Origin: Candidatus Marinacidobacterales bacterium
GTDB taxonomy: Bacteria > Acidobacteriota > Vicinamibacteria > Marinacidobacterales > SMYC01
Assembly (NCBI GenBank): GCA_965224085.1
Contig: CBDCYI010000011.1
Span: 1,536,001-1,600,000 of the forward strand
DNA: 64,000 nt
Direction: 5' to 3'
This document shows positions 59,516 to 64,000 of the stretch, piece after piece (the stretch's first letter is position 1; each line of letters starts with the position of its first letter). Below the pieces are notes generated by a model. The model was not told where the DNA came from. It ran no database searches and saw only the letters and a list, made by a program, of their open reading frames with translations. The position numbers and the translations under genes were made by a program.

Positions 59516-60835
59516 ATGAGAGCGGTTGATCTACTCCACAAAAAAAGACACGGGCTCGCACTCGAGCCCGAGGAGATTCGCTTTCTCGTCGATGGCTTCA
59601 TCGCAGATGCGATCCCGAGCTACCAAATCTCTGCTTTTCTCATGGCGGTGAGCATCCAAGGGATGAACGAGCGCGAGACGCGCGCGCTCACGGAAACGAT
59701 GCTCGCGAGCGGCGCCGTGCTCGATCTCTCGGACATTCCGGGACCCAAAATCGACAAACACAGCACCGGCGGCGTCGGGGACAAGACGTCGCTCATAGTC
59801 GCCCCGCTCGCCGCAGCGGCGGGGCTGCGCGTGCCGATGATCTCCGGCCGCGGCCTCGGGCATTCGGGCGGAACGCTGGACAAGCTCGAGGCCATTCCGG
59901 GCTTCGAGATCCGAATCGACGAGAAGCGTTTTCGCGAGCTCGTCGCCTCTGTCGGATGCGCGCTCATTGGTCAGACCGATGGCATCGCTCCCGCCGACCG
60001 CAAGCTCTACGCGTTGCGGGACGTGACCGCCACGATCGACAGTTTGCCGCTGATTACCGGCAGCATCCTCTCGAAAAAGCTCGCCGAAGGGATTTCCGGG
60101 CTCGTTCTCGACGTGAAGTTCGGAAGCGGCGCGTTCATGAAAACTGTCGAAGAAGCGAACGCCCTCGCGAAACTTCTGCTCAAAACCGCAGCTCACATGG
60201 GCAAGAGAGCCGTCGCCCTCCTCACCGACATGAGCCAACCGCTCGGGAATTATGTCGGCAACGCACTCGAGGTAGAGGAGTCGATCGCCGTGCTCAAAGG
60301 CCACGGCGCCCGCGACTTGGCCGAGCTTTCGTTGACGCTCACAGCGCACATGCTGGTGCTCGGCGACTTGGCGCGGACGGTCGAAGACGGAGAGAAAAAA
60401 GCGTCGCAGGAGCTTCAGTCCGGGCGAGGCCTCGAGAAGCTTCGGCAGATCGTCCGAGCACAAGGGGGCGACGCTGCCGTGATCGACGAGCCCCGCCTCC
60501 TTCCACAAGCGAGCGCGAGACGCGTCCTACAGGTGGCAGCCGGGGGCCACGTTTCCGCGATCGAGACGGAAGCGCTCGGGCACGCGGCGATGCTCATTGG
60601 CGCTGGACGACGGACGGTGGACGATGTGATCGATCCGGCTGCGGGTCTCGTCATTCACAAGAAGCTCGGGGATAAAGTCACGAAAGGCGAGCCGCTCCTC
60701 ACATTTCACTACAACGATGACACGAACCTCGAAGAGGCTGCCGAGCTGGTGGCGAACGCCTATCAAATCACCGATGCTCGAAACGCTCCGCGCGAGCTCG
60801 TGCACTCGGTTCTCACGACGGAAAGGAAGACTTGA
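59516..60835 (+). CDS. pdp: Pyrimidine-nucleoside (thymidine) phosphorylase
   Basis: DKHSTGGVGDK, SGRGLGHSGGTLDKLE. Confidence 0.93.
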   Translation: MRAVDLLHKKRHGLALEPEEIRFLVDGFIADAIPSYQISAFLMAVSIQGMNERETRALTETMLASGAVLDLSDIPGPKIDKHSTGGVGDKTSLIVAPLAAAAGLRVPMISGRGLGHSGGTLDKLEAIPGFEIRIDEKRFRELVASVGCALIGQTDGIAPADRKLYALRDVTATIDSLPLITGSILSKKLAEGISGLVLDVKFGSGAFMKTVEEANALAKLLLKTAAHMGKRAVALLTDMSQPLGNYVGNALEVEESIAVLKGHGARDLAELSLTLTAHMLVLGDLARTVEDGEKKASQELQSGRGLEKLRQIVRAQGGDAAVIDEPRLLPQASARRVLQVAAGGHVSAIETEALGHAAMLIGAGRRTVDDVIDPAAGLVIHKKLGDKVTKGEPLLTFHYNDDTNLEEAAELVANAYQITDARNAPRELVHSVLTTERKT

Positions 60836-62037
60836 TGGAGCAATATATCGGCATCGTCGGGCTCGTCGTCCTTTTGGGGATAGCCTATCTCGCGTCACAG
60901 AATCGGAAAGCCATCGGCGGGCGCGTCATCGTCTGGGGCCTCGTTCTCCAATTTGCTTTCGCTTTGTTCGTGATAAAGGTTCCGGTCGGCGTGTCGATCC
61001 TTGCATGGGTGAGCGGCGTCGTGACTGAACTCATGAACAAAGCTTCGGCCGGTGCGGCATTCGTGTTCGGAGAGGAGCTCGCTAAGAATCAAAGCCTCGG
61101 CTTCATCTTCGCGGTCAAAGCCCTCCCTATCATCATCTTTCTTTCTTCCCTATTCGCGGTCATGTATTACATCGGGCTGTTGCAGATCATCGTTCTGGCG
61201 ATGGCCAAAGTGATGGCGCGCACGATGGGGACGAGCGGCGCGGAGTCGCTTGCGACCGCGGCCAACGTTTTCATGGGTCAGACCGAGGCCCCTCTCGTCA
61301 TCGCGCCCTACATCGACAAGATGACCAATTCGGAGGTCGCCATGTTGATGGTCGGCGGGATGGCGACGATCTCGGGCGCCGTTTTGGGCGCGTATATCAG
61401 TTTCGGGGCCGAAGCACAATTCTTGTTGGCCGCGAGCATCATGAACGCGCCCGCTGCCATCGTGATGGCGAAGATGCTCGTTCCGGAAATGGGTGAGCCC
61501 CTCACACGCGGCGAAGTCAAGCTCGAGCTCGAGCGAAAAGAAGTCAACATTATCGACGCCGCCGCGCGGGGCGCGAGCGCCGGAATGACGCTGTCTCTCA
61601 ACATCGCAGCCATGTTGATAGCCTTCGTGTCGCTCATAGCACTCGTTAATTGGCCACTCCAATATTTCGATCTCTCGCTCGAGCAGATCTTTGCCAGGTT
61701 GTTCGCGCCTCTCGCTTACTTGATGGGCGTCCCTTGGGCGGAGTCGGGCACGGTCGGGAACCTGATCGGGCAGAAAGTGATCATCAACGAGTTCGTCGCC
61801 TATCAATCGCTGGGCGCGCTCAAGACCGCCGGTGCTATCGGCGCGCGCGCAGAGCTCATCTCCACCTACGCTCTGTGCGGTTTCGCCAATATCGGCTCTA
61901 TCGCGATCCAAATAGGCGGGATTGGCGGCCTTGCACCAGCACGCAAGCAAGACCTCGCCCGCCTCGGGCTTCGTGCGCTGCTCGGCGGGTCGCTCGCCAC
62001 GTTCATGACCGCGACGATTGCTGGACTATTGAGTTGA
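60835..62037 (+). CDS. nupC: NupC-family (CNT) nucleoside transporter
   Basis: GQTEAPL, NEFVAY, LCGFAN. Confidence 0.92.
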   Translation: MEQYIGIVGLVVLLGIAYLASQNRKAIGGRVIVWGLVLQFAFALFVIKVPVGVSILAWVSGVVTELMNKASAGAAFVFGEELAKNQSLGFIFAVKALPIIIFLSSLFAVMYYIGLLQIIVLAMAKVMARTMGTSGAESLATAANVFMGQTEAPLVIAPYIDKMTNSEVAMLMVGGMATISGAVLGAYISFGAEAQFLLAASIMNAPAAIVMAKMLVPEMGEPLTRGEVKLELERKEVNIIDAAARGASAGMTLSLNIAAMLIAFVSLIALVNWPLQYFDLSLEQIFARLFAPLAYLMGVPWAESGTVGNLIGQKVIINEFVAYQSLGALKTAGAIGARAELISTYALCGFANIGSIAIQIGGIGGLAPARKQDLARLGLRALLGGSLATFMTATIAGLLS

Positions 62038-62074
62038 GTGTCGTTTTCCCCGTTTTCTATTGTCAGGAAGTCCT

Positions 62075-62899
62075 GTGAATCTCGTTGAGAAAATTCAAGA
62101 GGCAGCCACCTATATCGGGTCGAAGACGAGGATTCGGGCCAAGGTTGGTATCGTGCTCGGGTCGGGGCTCGGCGCATTCGCCGATTCCTTGACGGAGGCG
62201 ACCGAATTTCCCTACGAGGCTATCCCTCATTTCCCGAGCTCGAGCGTCGAAGGGCACAAAGGCAAGTTGATCGCGGGAAAGTTCGCGCACGTTCCGGTGC
62301 TCGTCATGGCCGGCCGCGTACATGCCTACGAAGGCTATAGCGCTGCGGACGTCGTGTTCCCGGCTCGCGTCATGGTGACGAGCGGCGCACAGAACCTCGT
62401 CCTCACCAATGCCGCTGGCGCTGTCAATGCCGCTTTCAAGCCGGGCGATCTGATGGTCATCACCGATCAATTGAACTTGACCGGCTTGAACCCTCTCGTC
62501 GGCCCAGAGCTGCCCGAGCTCGGACATCGCTTCACCGACGTTTCTTCCGCCTATCATCCCGCTCATATCGAGACGTGCAACAAAGCCGCGCGCCGAATCG
62601 GATTGACCTTGAGAAAAGGCGTCTATGCGGGGCTTCTCGGGCCGAGCTTCGAGACGCCAGCCGAGATTCGTATGCTCCGCACGATGGGAGCCGACGCCGT
62701 CGGGATGTCCACCGTGCTCGAGACGATCGCCGCGCATCAGATGCGTGCCCGCGTGCTCGGGATCTCCTGTATCACCAACATGGCAGCTGGAATCCTCCAG
62801 CAAAAGATCAACCATCAAGAGGTCAGGGAGGTAGGCGCTCGCGTTAGCTCCGTATTCCTCGAGCTCATCAGCTCACTCTTACCGGACCTAATGAAATGA
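62075..62899 (+). CDS. punA: Purine-nucleoside phosphorylase (trimeric type)
   Basis: GSGLG, GRVHAYEG, TNAAG, GPSFETPAE, VGMST. Confidence 0.92.
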   Translation: MNLVEKIQEAATYIGSKTRIRAKVGIVLGSGLGAFADSLTEATEFPYEAIPHFPSSSVEGHKGKLIAGKFAHVPVLVMAGRVHAYEGYSAADVVFPARVMVTSGAQNLVLTNAAGAVNAAFKPGDLMVITDQLNLTGLNPLVGPELPELGHRFTDVSSAYHPAHIETCNKAARRIGLTLRKGVYAGLLGPSFETPAEIRMLRTMGADAVGMSTVLETIAAHQMRARVLGISCITNMAAGILQQKINHQEVREVGARVSSVFLELISSLLPDLMK

Positions 62900-63291
62900 T
62901 TGACATTCCAAAAGACCTCGTCGAGCACGCCACGCGCGTCCGCGAGAATGCAGTGGCGGATTTCTCCAAGTTCAAAGTCGGCGCAGCACTTCGCAGCAAC
63001 GGAGGCGACATCTTTACTGGCTGCAACGTCGAGAACGCTACCCTCGGACTGACCATATGCGCCGAGCGCGTGGCGCTCTTCAAAGCGCTCTCAGAAGGCG
63101 CCCGGGCCTTCACCGAGATCGTCGTCGTCACCGCCGCCGACAAACCGACGCCACCCTGCGGCGCCTGCCGGCAAATGCTGTGGGAGTTTTGTGGCGACAT
63201 CCCCGTCTACATGGTGAGCACCAACGGAACGAACGACACGATGAAGATGAGCGAGCTGTTTCCGAGAGCGTTCGATAAATCGGGCCTGTGA
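62896..63291 (+). CDS. cdd: Cytidine deaminase (tetrameric type)
   Basis: GCNVEN, CAER, PCGACRQ. Confidence 0.93.
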   Translation: MIDIPKDLVEHATRVRENAVADFSKFKVGAALRSNGGDIFTGCNVENATLGLTICAERVALFKALSEGARAFTEIVVVTAADKPTPPCGACRQMLWEFCGDIPVYMVSTNGTNDTMKMSELFPRAFDKSGL

Positions 63292-63356
63292 GGCTGTGAC
63301 GGAAGTTGACGTCCGTGCTGCCGGCTACCCGTGCGTTTCGCCACGTCCCAGCTGAC

Positions 63357-63862
63357 TCAATCTCGTACGGCGACAAACGGTAGTTGACGGTAGCGTTGGT
63401 TGTCGTCTAGGCCGTAGCCGACGACGAGGCGATCGGGGACTTCGAAGCCGACATAATCGACAGCAACGTCGAACTCGCGCCGGGACGGCTTCGATAGAAA
63501 CGCGGCCACCTTTAATGTAGCCGGCTCGCGCGAACGGAGCATGTTGAGAAGATAGTTGAGCGTGAGCCCTGTATCCGCAATGTCCTCGACGACGATCACG
63601 TCGCGGCCCGCGAGCGACAAGTCCAGGTCCTTCGTCAGCTGAACCTCTCCGCTCGAAGTTTTGCCCTTCCCATAGGATGACACCGCGAGGAAGTCGAGCG
63701 TCACCGGCACTTCCATCGCTCGCGCGAGATCGGCGAGAAAAGTATAGCGCCTTTCAGCACGCAGATGAGATGGACCGTCTTCCCTTGATAGTCCGCGCTG
63801 ATTTCTTTAGCCAGCTCGCGGACGCGCCTCGCGATTTGTTCTTCGCTGATCAGGACTTCCAT
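63357..63862 (-). CDS. hpt: Hypoxanthine phosphoribosyltransferase, single-base frameshift near 63740
   Basis: MEVLISEEQI...VLKGAILF / LADLARA...VEDIADTGLTL, VVGYGLD. Confidence 0.9.
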
Positions 63863-64000
63863 TCTCTCTCTAGTGTCTAACTCGCTCACCGAGCGCGGGC
63901 GGCAGCTCGCGCGAAGTGTAAGGCGATTAGGGAAGTGTAAGGCAGGGACGTGTAGGGACAGGAGGGGATAAGGGGATCTCCGCCTCTCCACACATCCCCA

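Overview
GC-rich bacterial chromosome segment. Gene content (ADOP permease, DUF4097/ECF module, DUF4388, lolCD-clpC-bamA order) points to Acidobacteriota, probably Vicinamibacteria-like; this is inference. Bases 1-20,440 are accessory genes with many apparent assembly lesions (abrupt gene-gene junctions, short tandem duplications, single-base frameshifts), plus an ISNCY-type IS with a 6-bp target duplication and a DsbA-family gene that reads through an in-frame UGA in a UxxC motif (selenoprotein with a SECIS-like hairpin). Bases 20,500-64,000 are mostly housekeeping: rpsT, holA, lptE, leuS, mutY, fab cluster, rpmF, hfq-miaA, lipid A/BAM/Lol genes, clpC, lysS, nusB, ribH and a nucleoside-salvage cluster. 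Best novelty candidates: (1) a ~320-350 nt, hierarchically base-paired, terminator-ended putative ncRNA at 26,791-27,145 that matches no RNA class I recognise; (2) the DsbA selenoprotein; (3) an HDAC-family deacetylase directly upstream of a VOC protein with a histone-H1-like Lys-rich tail and an M20 hydrolase. All structure predictions were made by eye and no databases were searched.
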